From Candidatus Heimdallarchaeum endolithica (GTDB lineage Archaea > Asgardarchaeota > Heimdallarchaeia > Heimdallarchaeales > Heimdallarchaeaceae): 64,000 nt of DNA. The stretch is taken from positions 1,130,571-1,194,570 of the forward strand of contig CP084167.1 in assembly GCA_021513715.1 (NCBI GenBank), given 5' to 3'. Shown here one piece after another: positions 28,511 to 37,702 of this stretch. Position numbers and translations under genes: made by a program. Position 1 is the stretch's first letter; every line of letters begins with the position of its first letter. A model generated the notes under the pieces. The model was not told the DNA's origin, ran no database searches, and worked only from the letters and a program-made list of their open reading frames with translations.

Positions 28511-29656
28511 ATGATTCCGTATTTCAAAGAATTTCAATATTTACAGAAAAATCCATTAGCTAGTTTCACTGAAATAGCTAGTGCGCTTGGAATTACAGAT
28601 AAAACAGCTAAAGCACACTACAATATTTTAGTCTCTGAGGGATACATTGGTAAAAAAGTTGGAAATAGAGTGGGCTTAGAAAGTGTTCAAGCTAGAATCT
28701 GTGTTGATTCAATAGGACTCAAAACCTACAGTATTTTTGTAGAATCTAATAAACTATCCAACATAGAGTTTCTAGAAAAATTAGCTGATTTTCATAATTT
28801 CACAAGTTACAGAAACAGAGTTATTGGTAGCCGTCAAGGACTTTTCTTACAATTTAACATTCCACAATCTGCATACAGATACTTGGAAGATCTTTTAACA
28901 GAATTAAATAATCTAAATATAATTGATAATTTTGTTATTCTTCCTTCACTAGATTACCATCACAGTAATTTTCCTGATTTCACTTTCTATGATAATAATA
29001 AAGGAGAATGGGTCTGGCAAATTGAAAATGGGCAAATAAACTTGGGTTCATGGTTTAAACACTTTTTAACTATGTCTTTTGAAAATAACTACAATCCTCA
29101 TAAATGTAAGAATGTGATGGATAAACTAACTGAAATTGATCTTCAACTTTTGCGCCAATTAACAAAAGATGCGAGAGAATTTTCAAAAATCGAATTAGCA
29201 AAAAAATATTCTGTTTCACCTGCTACTATTACCAGAAGAATGAAGTTTCTCAATGATAATGTGATTAAAGAATATAGATTAGGGTATAGAAGGTCCAAAG
29301 TACAATTTGTAGATCTAATAATGTTTAGAGCTTATTGTTCAGAAGAAGTAAAGTTTAAACTCTATAAATTGCTTCGTGACTCACCTGTTCCTTTTGATTC
29401 AGGGTTTGTTCTTTTAGGAGACGGGTTTTTATGGAGACTCAATTTACCTCCAGTATATACTTCTGCCTTTAGTAATCTACTGTGGGGAGTATGTGACAAA
29501 CTTGAGTACTACCATCTTGATCATATTCACAGTATGCTTTATTGGTTTTATCACAAGAACTTTGATATTGATACAAAATCATGGAAAGCTGGTAAAGAAG
29601 AAGTTTTTGATTTACCCATTGAATGGATAGAAAAAAACATTACGCAAATTCTTTAA
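28511..29656 (+). CDS. Tandem Lrp/AsnC-type double-HTH regulator, paralog of 11275-12375.
   Basis: HTH 1 is ASFTEIASALGITDKTAKAHYNILVSEGYI. HTH 2 is FSKIELAKKYSVSPATITRRMKFLNDNVI. Confidence 0.55.
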   Translation: MIPYFKEFQYLQKNPLASFTEIASALGITDKTAKAHYNILVSEGYIGKKVGNRVGLESVQARICVDSIGLKTYSIFVESNKLSNIEFLEKLADFHNFTSYRNRVIGSRQGLFLQFNIPQSAYRYLEDLLTELNNLNIIDNFVILPSLDYHHSNFPDFTFYDNNKGEWVWQIENGQINLGSWFKHFLTMSFENNYNPHKCKNVMDKLTEIDLQLLRQLTKDAREFSKIELAKKYSVSPATITRRMKFLNDNVIKEYRLGYRRSKVQFVDLIMFRAYCSEEVKFKLYKLLRDSPVPFDSGFVLLGDGFLWRLNLPPVYTSAFSNLLWGVCDKLEYYHLDHIHSMLYWFYHKNFDIDTKSWKAGKEEVFDLPIEWIEKNITQIL

Positions 29657-29682
29657 ATTTCAATTTACTCTTGATTTTTTTA

Positions 29683-29980
29683 TTCATTTTTCTTACAACC
29701 ACATATAGGACAATAATGTTCGAAACCTTGATAGTGATACCCACAATTTTCACAATATTGCTCATTTAGTTTTTCTTCACTAAGTTCCCAATTCTTTTTT
29801 CCTAATAATAACGGTGGAAAAATCATTAAAAACAAGAATGGAAAGCCGAAATTTAATGTTAAAATTAATGAAATTACAGTAACTAGTAATGAAAGAGCTA
29901 TCCATCTCCATTCTATATTTTCAGCTTCATATTCGTTTCTTTTTTTTGATTTAACCCTTTTTAATATTACTTTTTTTCAT
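29683..29980 (-). pseudogene. Possible small membrane protein with a C-terminal zinc ribbon whose N-terminus is frameshifted.
   Basis: A minus-strand frame encodes ...WRWIALSLLVTVISLILTLNFGFPFLFLMIFPPLLLGKKNWELSEEKLNEQYCENCGYHYQGFEHYCPICGCKKNE. The only ATG (MKKSNIKKG then stop) lies in a different frame across a poly-A run. Confidence 0.25.
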
Positions 29981-30055
29981 TGTTGTTTTACTCATAGACA
30001 GATTTTTCCTGAGAGCAAGATTGGCGTACAAAAATTTTGTATATAATTAAGTTGA

Positions 30056-31387
30056 TCATTTTATTTTTTGACACTCAAAGATTATAAAAGTCGGAGCTCT
30101 ATCATAATCAAAAGCCAAAAGTTTTGGATGTTTTTTTATTTTTTCCATTTCTGGTCTAGGTTCAACTATTTCAGTTATCACAAAACCTGCACTTTTTAGA
30201 GCTTTAGAATACTCTGTTAGAGTTCTTTCGAATTGCCAAATAGGATTTATTTTTCCCCACGAAATAAGTTTTGCTCGTGAATCAAAGTAGCGATCAAAAA
30301 TAATAATATTGTCTTCATTTCTAGGATTATCAAAAGGTAGCCGCATATTAAACTGATTTATTCTTCCAAAACAAGGATGAAGATTTGACCAGATAAACCT
30401 TCCATTTTGTTTTAATACTCTGCTGATCTCTATAAAAGATTGCTTATAATTTTTAACATCAATAAACACAATATTTGAAACAACTAGGTCAAAACTCTCA
30501 TTTTCAAAAATAGTTAAATCATCTAACGAAGCAGTAAAAAATTTACAGCCTAGTTGCTCTTTTTCTTCTCTTCTTTTACAATAATCAATAAAAGTTTTCG
30601 AAAAATCTACTCCTGTAACTTTGGCTCCTAGTCTTGCAAGTTTTCTAGCTAAATACCCATTTCCACAACCTGCATCTAAGATTGAAAGATTCTTTACTTT
30701 TCCAATAAGTTTCATTAAAACAGGGTCAATAACTAGCTGTCTATTTATATCCCCTTCATCTTCTGACATCGCTGTATATGCCGATATCCAAATTTCAGCA
30801 TTTTGGTCCCATTTTTTCTTTGTATCGCTTACATTAATTTCAATTCCTTCTTTTTCAGAATAAATAGAAAGAGAACCAATGTGCATCTCTTTTTTTAATT
30901 TCTCAAAGGATTGATTCTTACTAAATACATCTTCTGTACTTATTTTTTTGCCTTCTCTTACTTTCTCTGGTTTCCAGTGCTGTAGCAGTTTTATATCTCC
31001 GGTTATTGTTTCTAAAGCTTCTTTTTTATTTATTTCAAATGGGTGTGTACCTCTATATTCTTCATAATACAAATCGAAATGGTCTTCTCCACAAATTTGA
31101 CATTTAAATTTAAATGCATAAGTTCTATCAAAAAACTTTACAGGATATAAACTTGGAGGGTTGCAAGAACCACAAAAAAGTTTTTCCTCTTCAGGACAAA
31201 AATACATCCAATTAAAGTGGTGATATTCTCCACATTTGGAACACTTGTATTGAGAATGCAAGGAACATCGAAAAACATAGTTGTCTAAAGTAAATACACC
31301 TTTACGAATAGGATAATCTTTTTCATATTTTTTTATATTTTTACAATAATAACAAGATTGCTCTATTTTTGCATCATAGAAGTGCAT
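30056..31387 (-). CDS. Zinc-finger-rich N-terminal domain fused to a class I SAM-dependent methyltransferase.
   Basis: At least five CxxC pairs in the first 110 aa. Motif I LSILDAGCGNGYLARKL. Post-I DFS. Motif IV-like DLVVSN. Confidence 0.65.
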   Translation of the reverse strand: MHFYDAKIEQSCYYCKNIKKYEKDYPIRKGVFTLDNYVFRCSLHSQYKCSKCGEYHHFNWMYFCPEEEKLFCGSCNPPSLYPVKFFDRTYAFKFKCQICGEDHFDLYYEEYRGTHPFEINKKEALETITGDIKLLQHWKPEKVREGKKISTEDVFSKNQSFEKLKKEMHIGSLSIYSEKEGIEINVSDTKKKWDQNAEIWISAYTAMSEDEGDINRQLVIDPVLMKLIGKVKNLSILDAGCGNGYLARKLARLGAKVTGVDFSKTFIDYCKRREEKEQLGCKFFTASLDDLTIFENESFDLVVSNIVFIDVKNYKQSFIEISRVLKQNGRFIWSNLHPCFGRINQFNMRLPFDNPRNEDNIIIFDRYFDSRAKLISWGKINPIWQFERTLTEYSKALKSAGFVITEIVEPRPEMEKIKKHPKLLAFDYDRAPTFIIFECQKIK

Positions 31388-31584
31388 AAAAAAAGATTAA
31401 GGATTGTTTTAAGTTCTTTTTTATTTTAGCTAAAAAGAGTTCAGAAATTTATCAATAGAATTTAAAAAAGAAAGATTACTTATTAATCTTTGAATTTTCA
31501 ACCTTTTCAGTAAAGTAAGGTCTTTTAATAAAAGTTATTTATTGCTAATTTTGTGTATATCTGAACAAAAATTAGTGGATTCTA

Positions 31585-32946
31585 ATGAATGTTTCTAGTG
31601 TGGCTAAAGAAAAGCTTATTGAAGAATTAGTCAAAACTTATGGTAAAAATCTTATTGCAATTTATTCATTTAAAAGAGAGATAAGTAGGTTTAATACTAT
31701 TTTAAAGGATAAAGAAGGATTAGTTTTAATATTTGATGATAAGGTAAAAACTAGAGAATTAAGAAAGATAGATAGTATCTACGATAAGATACAAGATCAG
31801 TTTGGTTGGCCTGACGGAGTAAAAATAGCTCATTCTTTCTCTCGAGGATATTTAATAAAAGAAACAGATTTATGGAAAATCAATCTTTCTGAACCCAAAT
31901 ACCTTCTTCCTGAAGATATGATTAATCTCATTAATACTAAAAAGCTTCTTTATGGGGAAGATGTAATAGAACAAAATCCTCTTCCTTATGAAAAAGAAAA
32001 GTTATTATCCTTTCATCTTGGTTTAACACGCGAAGAAGCAAAAAAAATTGCTCAAAAACATGATAATTTTCTACCTTTAGTTGATCCGTCTATTTGTTGG
32101 GCCAGACACAAATTTACAATAAAACATAAAGTTACTAAAATAATAGAAAAAGAATTTAATAGATTACTAAAAGGAAAAAAACCAAAAAAATTTATTCATA
32201 TTTATGGTCGATATGGAGGTTCAGGAAAAACACAAATAATTTACTCCTTAATTAAAGAATGTAAAAAAAGGAAATTACCATTTATTTATCGTACTGAATT
32301 CTGGAAAGATGAAGAAGGAAAATATGTTGATAAAGAAGTTGAAGCGAACAAGGCTGAAAATGTTTCTAAATGGATTGCCAACAAATTAAAACTTAACAAA
32401 ACGATTATTTTTCTAGATGAAGTAGACATTGACCTAAAATTACTTGATACACTTCTAGATCAACAGTCAAAATCTGAATTAAACTATTTTATAGTTAGTG
32501 GTGCAAAAGAGTTACCAGAGTTTCTAAACGATTCATTTAATATCTTTGACATAAGCACAAAATATCAGTTTAGTAAAAAAGATTACAGAAAAATATTAAA
32601 CAAGTTGATCGAACTTTCCAAAATTCCAGATAAGATTTTTCCAAATGAAAGTAGAAAAATTATCGTAAATTACTCAAGATTTTGGAATCATTTAAGCTTC
32701 AGGAGAAGCCCAGCAGCAGTAATACTAGCAACCTCTTTGTCCCTATGTGAAGCTATAAAAAAATATGAAAAGACCAACAAGGAAATTTTAGTTCATCCTC
32801 AAATTGCCAGGAAATGGAGCATTTTTGCAACGTCTCCTCTTTTCCAACAATATGATGAAACTCATGATGTTCATGCAGAATTTTTTATCTATGATGGAGA
32901 AAAATATACGGATATAGACCCCTTTTACAACCACTCTGTACCTTAA
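31585..32946 (+). CDS. P-loop NTPase (AAA+ or ORC-like ATPase core) with unknown N- and C-terminal domains.
   Basis: Walker A IHIYGRYGGSGKTQI. Walker B TIIFLDEVD. The ATPase core sits in the middle of the protein, at about residues 200-330. Confidence 0.5.
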   Translation: MNVSSVAKEKLIEELVKTYGKNLIAIYSFKREISRFNTILKDKEGLVLIFDDKVKTRELRKIDSIYDKIQDQFGWPDGVKIAHSFSRGYLIKETDLWKINLSEPKYLLPEDMINLINTKKLLYGEDVIEQNPLPYEKEKLLSFHLGLTREEAKKIAQKHDNFLPLVDPSICWARHKFTIKHKVTKIIEKEFNRLLKGKKPKKFIHIYGRYGGSGKTQIIYSLIKECKKRKLPFIYRTEFWKDEEGKYVDKEVEANKAENVSKWIANKLKLNKTIIFLDEVDIDLKLLDTLLDQQSKSELNYFIVSGAKELPEFLNDSFNIFDISTKYQFSKKDYRKILNKLIELSKIPDKIFPNESRKIIVNYSRFWNHLSFRRSPAAVILATSLSLCEAIKKYEKTNKEILVHPQIARKWSIFATSPLFQQYDETHDVHAEFFIYDGEKYTDIDPFYNHSVP

Positions 32947-33171
32947 TTAACCAAAAATATTAACTTATTTTTTTATAAAAGTAGAAAAAAAGAAACGAAT
33001 TAATATTATTTTTACTGATTATACTTTACATAATACTCTCTTTTAGACTTAAAATACAAAGTTATTTGCAAGAACAAGAACTTATATTTCATATGATATT
33101 TAATTTTAATTCTTCTTTCTTTTTTTAAGGTGAAAGAATGTTTAATTAACGAATCATCATTTAGAAATTTA

Positions 33172-34189
33172 AAGGATGTCCAAAAATTAATTTTTATTAA
33201 TGTGGAGATTTATGTCGGAATTATAACTTACTTTCAGATTTTAGACCCCCAAAAAGTAAGAGAATTCATAATCATTAATGAACCTTTCCTTAAGAAACTG
33301 GTGAAGAGGAAACGAGAAAAAGTAAGAGAGGGAGAAAGGGAATAGTAGAGAGATGGGTGATATTAGCAATAGCAATCATTGCGAGAATAGAAGGAATAGC
33401 CTAGAGGAAATTAGAAGAAAAAATGTCTTTATGCGCTTTTTTGATAGAAGAGGAGTGGATGAAGAAGATTCCTTTTAAATCTATTTTTCATGCAGTATGG
33501 AGAGCGACAGAAAATAAAATCCTAGAGCAGTGGATAATAGATTTAGGGGAGAAATAGTGAAAAAAAAGGGTTGAAAGCTATGGCTGTAGATAGTTCAGGT
33601 TTTAAAATTCGTCAAGTTTCTGTTTGGCGTTTTCTCAAATGTCCAAGAGGGGTACTAAAGAGAACCTCCCAACTAAACTTTTCTGGAACATACACCTTAT
33701 AGTTGGTTTACCCTCCAGAGCTATAGTCTCTCTAGCTCATTCTGCTAGTAACACTCACGATGGTAAAGTCTTCGGTTTGCTATGGCAGAAACTTCCTTCT
33801 GTACTCTTGAGACCTTTCTTGAGATTCTATGGAGACTGTGCCTACTAGACAGAAAATATCGTCGATCTTCTTAGCCAACATTCCTTTTTCCTTGTTATTT
33901 ATTATTCCCCCAAAAAGTAATGCTCGTTATCCCTCTCCTCCTCCCCTCGGGCCAATAGTTCAAGCTCATCGTTTCTACCTTGGTCTGTATAGTCGTAATC
34001 ATCAACCGGAGTATCGTAGTAGTATTGAACATGTCTTTGGTTTAGTCTCCTCAAACTCTCTCTTCCCCTGATCCTTGATCTCTTACCCTCCACCTTTCTC
34101 TCTACTCTTTATAGTTCTCTCCTCTGTTACAACTACCTTTTACTCCTTCGTACCGTTTAGTAGTTGAAAAAGAATTTTTGGACATGCTT
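33172..34189 (+). mobile_element. Decayed copy of the roughly 1-kb IS found intact at 58437-59450. Its transposase is split into at least three frames.
   Basis: Ends aaggatgtccaaaaatt ... aatttttggacatgctt. ORF fragments 33130-33345, 33624-33848 and 33829-34071 align with the 314-aa transposase encoded at 58466-59410. Confidence 0.8.
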
Positions 34190-34241
34190 AATTTACAAAG
34201 ATAGCGACAATTTTTATAAACAAGTAATAAAACAAACAGTT

Positions 34242-35660
34242 ATGTCAAATGAAAAAAAAGTTACTTCGCTAGAAACAGAAGTGGAGGTAGAATCTAACAC
34301 TTCTTGGCTAAATGTTTTCAAATGGAGCATGTATGATTTAGCGAATACTATATACAGCATGGTTATTGTTTCACTAATAATCAACCGCTACGTTTTAATC
34401 ATTGGACAACTTGAAAACGGTCTTAACTACCAAAAAGCTAATGCCATCTTTAGTGGTGTTGTTTCTGCGATGCAAATCATAATTGCTTTTAGCATGCCTG
34501 TGATGGGAGCTATAAGCGATTCAGCAGGAAAACGAAAACCATTTGTAGTAGGGTTAACATTTGCAATACTCATATTTGCTAGCCTTTTAGGCTTTTGGCA
34601 CAATTTAACACTGGTACTGATATTTTATGTTATTGCTAATATTAGTTATCAATGGAGTCTTGCCTACTATGACGCAATGTTAGCATTTATAGCTGCACCT
34701 AAAGATGTTGGTAAAGTTGGAGCTTTTGGTGTAGCTTTTGGATACTTTGGTACTTTGCTATCTTTACCAGTGATGATTATCTGTGAAAGTATATGGGGAA
34801 CACCAATAAGTCAATTACCCAAAGTGGCTGAAATAGCATCCTACAAACCTCCTGTGCAGTTACAGTATGGTTATTATGGATCTCCTTGGCCATTCTTAAT
34901 TGCTATGGGTATGTTTCTTGTATTTGCAATACCTTTCTTATTTGTTAAAGAAAGGCAGAAAAAAGGTGAAAAACCTCCTACTATGCAGCTGATAAAGCAA
35001 GCATTTACGCAACTGAAGACAACATTCAAAGAAATCAAGACTCACCGAGAGATGTTCATTTTTATTATTGGTTACTTCTTATTCGTCGACGCTGCAAATG
35101 TAATAGTTTCATATATGTTTCCAATTGTCAGAGACGGATTATTAATGTCCGAGACATTTGGAATGGTATTCATTGTGCTTTCTACAATTTCTGCAGTAAT
35201 ATTTACTTACTTTGTAGGCATGTTTGCAGATAAAAAAGGAGCTAAAAGTGCATTTTTCCTGGTGGGTGGACTCTGGATTGCTGCAGTCATAATCGGGTTC
35301 ATAGGGATAATGTTGTGGTCTCCAGTAGTAATTGGAGCAAATTTGCCTTTCATAATGATAATCTTGATGGGAGTATTAGCAGGACCAGCACTAGGAGGAA
35401 CATGGGTTTGTCAACGAGCTATGATCGCAACACTTGCACCTAAAGAGAAGTTTGGAGAATACTTCGGCTTTTCTAAATTCAGCGGAAAACTAAGTTCTGC
35501 AGTAGGTCCTTTAATATGGGGCGCTACATTTTTGATCTTCTATAAATCATGGAACTACAAAACATACGCTTTAGCATTACTGTTAATAGGTATAATGTTA
35601 GTAATAGGTTTGGCAATTATCGCTATGGTCAAACCTAAAAAAGCTGCAAGAAATTACTAG
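34242..35660 (+). CDS. MFS-type transporter. The start was reset to the first ATG outside the IS end.
   Basis: About 12 TM segments. The listed ORF start at 34164 lies inside the IS inverted repeat, so the start is more likely MSNEKK at 34242. Confidence 0.6.
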   Translation: MSNEKKVTSLETEVEVESNTSWLNVFKWSMYDLANTIYSMVIVSLIINRYVLIIGQLENGLNYQKANAIFSGVVSAMQIIIAFSMPVMGAISDSAGKRKPFVVGLTFAILIFASLLGFWHNLTLVLIFYVIANISYQWSLAYYDAMLAFIAAPKDVGKVGAFGVAFGYFGTLLSLPVMIICESIWGTPISQLPKVAEIASYKPPVQLQYGYYGSPWPFLIAMGMFLVFAIPFLFVKERQKKGEKPPTMQLIKQAFTQLKTTFKEIKTHREMFIFIIGYFLFVDAANVIVSYMFPIVRDGLLMSETFGMVFIVLSTISAVIFTYFVGMFADKKGAKSAFFLVGGLWIAAVIIGFIGIMLWSPVVIGANLPFIMIILMGVLAGPALGGTWVCQRAMIATLAPKEKFGEYFGFSKFSGKLSSAVGPLIWGATFLIFYKSWNYKTYALALLLIGIMLVIGLAIIAMVKPKKAARNY

Positions 35661-35670
35661 AGGGATTAAA

Positions 35671-36195
35671 ATGAATAAGAAAATAAAAATATTAATTATT
35701 GGTTGGTTCATAGGTTTAATAAGCGTTGTACCAGTTCTCGCTCTTGAAAGAAATCTATTTAACAATACAGAAACCATGCCTCAAAACAGTTACTACGGTT
35801 TAAGACTTGTAGTAGAAAAAGACAATACCTATTATCTTAAGGTAAATAGCACACAAAACATCGATTTGTTAATTCTAGATGAAGACAATTTCTTAAATTA
35901 CAATTCTACATTCTATAGTGAACCAAAAACATATACTACAGAACACCTTTATACAAATACTTCTCAAGTGGAACTTAATATCACGAAGACAGAAGATGTA
36001 ATTCGCTACATCGTAGTAGAAAATGCAAACCTTACACTTAATGGTGCCATCTCAACGGGAGAAATCGATGTAACAATTTCACTTAGTTTAATTCTTACTT
36101 CGAAAGTACCAGGTTACACAATAGCTATTACTCTATCAGGATTGATACTAGTTAGTGGATTACTTACTCTCAGAAAAAGGAGAAAATCTATTTAA
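35671..36195 (+). CDS. Secreted protein with a PGF-CTERM-like C-terminal anchor.
   Basis: Signal peptide. The C-terminus is VPGYTIAITLSGLILVSGLLTLRKRRKSI. Confidence 0.5.
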   Translation: MNKKIKILIIGWFIGLISVVPVLALERNLFNNTETMPQNSYYGLRLVVEKDNTYYLKVNSTQNIDLLILDEDNFLNYNSTFYSEPKTYTTEHLYTNTSQVELNITKTEDVIRYIVVENANLTLNGAISTGEIDVTISLSLILTSKVPGYTIAITLSGLILVSGLLTLRKRRKSI

Positions 36196-36360
36196 TTAAG
36201 CACTCTTTTCCTTTTTTTTTCTTCTATATTAATTTTAACATCTGCTTTTTAGAAATAAATAAAATTGATCTTTTTTATTTAAATTTTAATTTATCGTCTT
36301 AGAGCAAAGCTTATATGTAGATTTTCTACATATTGATTAACAACATAATCAGGTGAGTTT

Positions 36361-36840
36361 ATGGCAAATTGGGTAGTTATAGGAATAGTATCAGCATTAC
36401 ACGATCTATTTACAGCTATGTGGATAGGTGGAATGTTGGCTTTACTGCTTGCAGTTTTACCAGCTGTAAGAATAACAATAGAAAAAGAACAAGAAAGGAA
36501 GAAATTATTAGAAAATATAAAGAAGAAGCTAAGTATAACTACATACGTTAGCATTATTGGGCTAGCTATAACTGGTTTACTGCTAGGAAAAGCTTCTTCA
36601 AATTTCGAAGGTTTAATGAGTTTTAGTACAAATTATGGAACAATGCTATCAATAAAGCATATAATTGTAATATTTATGGTAATAATAGCATTATTTAGGA
36701 GTATATTTATTAAGAAAATCGCTTTTAAAAATAAAAAAGTTGCAGAGAAACTTAATTTCATTCTCTTAGTTGTAAATATTGTTTTTGGAATAACTATTCT
36801 CATTTTAAGTGGTTTAATTGCGAGAATGCCAGGAAGTTAG
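36361..36840 (+). CDS. Membrane protein that may be CopD-like.
   Basis: Four TM segments. ALHDLFTAMWIGGML resembles the H...W.GG motif of the CopD family. Confidence 0.4.
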   Translation: MANWVVIGIVSALHDLFTAMWIGGMLALLLAVLPAVRITIEKEQERKKLLENIKKKLSITTYVSIIGLAITGLLLGKASSNFEGLMSFSTNYGTMLSIKHIIVIFMVIIALFRSIFIKKIAFKNKKVAEKLNFILLVVNIVFGITILILSGLIARMPGS

Positions 36841-36899
36841 TCAACCACAAAATTCTTTTTTACCTTTTTTATTTTACAAACAATATTGAGTTGTAAGGA

Positions 36900-37283
36900 A
36901 TGAAAGAAAAATACACAGAAAAAGATGAAAATAACTCCTTATTATCCAAGTTTAAAACTATTGAAAGTTTACCCATCACAAGAACACTTATTCTTATCTG
37001 TTTACAAAAACAACCAAATTCATCAGGTTATTCATTAATTAAGAGTATTAGAAATTTGACAAATGATCTTGTGAAATTGAAATCTGGAACTTTATATCCT
37101 GAATTAAGGAAATTAGAGAATGAAGGACTGGTTATTTCTGTTTTAACAGAGGATAAAAGAAAAACAAGATTATACCAAATTACTGATGAAGGAAAGAAAA
37201 AATTAGACGAACTAATAAACCTTATAGAATTAAGAATTAATAATGTTTTACAACCGATTATTAATGAATATAAGAAAAACTAA
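36900..37283 (+). CDS. PadR-family transcriptional regulator.
   Basis: LILICLQKQPNSSGYSLIKSI ... LKSGTLYPELRKLENEGLV. Confidence 0.65.
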   Translation: MKEKYTEKDENNSLLSKFKTIESLPITRTLILICLQKQPNSSGYSLIKSIRNLTNDLVKLKSGTLYPELRKLENEGLVISVLTEDKRKTRLYQITDEGKKKLDELINLIELRINNVLQPIINEYKKN

Positions 37284-37285
37284 TT

Positions 37286-37591
37286 TTATTCTAAAGCTTT
37301 TACTTTATCTTCCATTATTCTAGGTTTATCTTTTCTATCATCTATTTTTAATGTTGTTACTACTCTTTTACAGCCCACTTTAAACAGAGATTCGTGTGCC
37401 TTTTTTGTTACTTTTAGAATTGTGTCTATGTCATCAGCTTCGATATTTGTCCCCATAGAATGATGTTCTACCCTTATGTTAGGAAATGATTCAATTACAT
37501 TTACTGCTTCTTGAACATATTTTGAAAGGCTTACTCCTTCACCAACTGGAGAAATTACAAGTTCTGCAATGACCTTCATTTTTCTTTTCAT
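37286..37591 (-). CDS. MTH1187/YkoF-family (DUF77) small protein.
   Basis: VIAELVISPVGEGVSLSKYV ... HSMGTNIEAD pattern. Confidence 0.55.
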   Translation of the reverse strand: MKRKMKVIAELVISPVGEGVSLSKYVQEAVNVIESFPNIRVEHHSMGTNIEADDIDTILKVTKKAHESLFKVGCKRVVTTLKIDDRKDKPRIMEDKVKALE

Positions 37592-37702
37592 ATTTCAAAG
37601 CTATACTTCAATTTTATTTATCTTTCTTTTTCTCTCTTTTTCTATCTCTTTTCCAATAGACTTATATAATAGCTAAAAATTCGTAACACGAATTAAAAAA
37701 AG

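Noticed and set aside
33130-34093. The separate ORFs at 33130-33345, 33624-33848, 33829-34071 and the antisense ORF at 33902-34093, considered as independent genes.
   Set aside because: They are fragments and antisense frames of the decayed IS transposase. They align piecewise to the intact 314-aa transposase.
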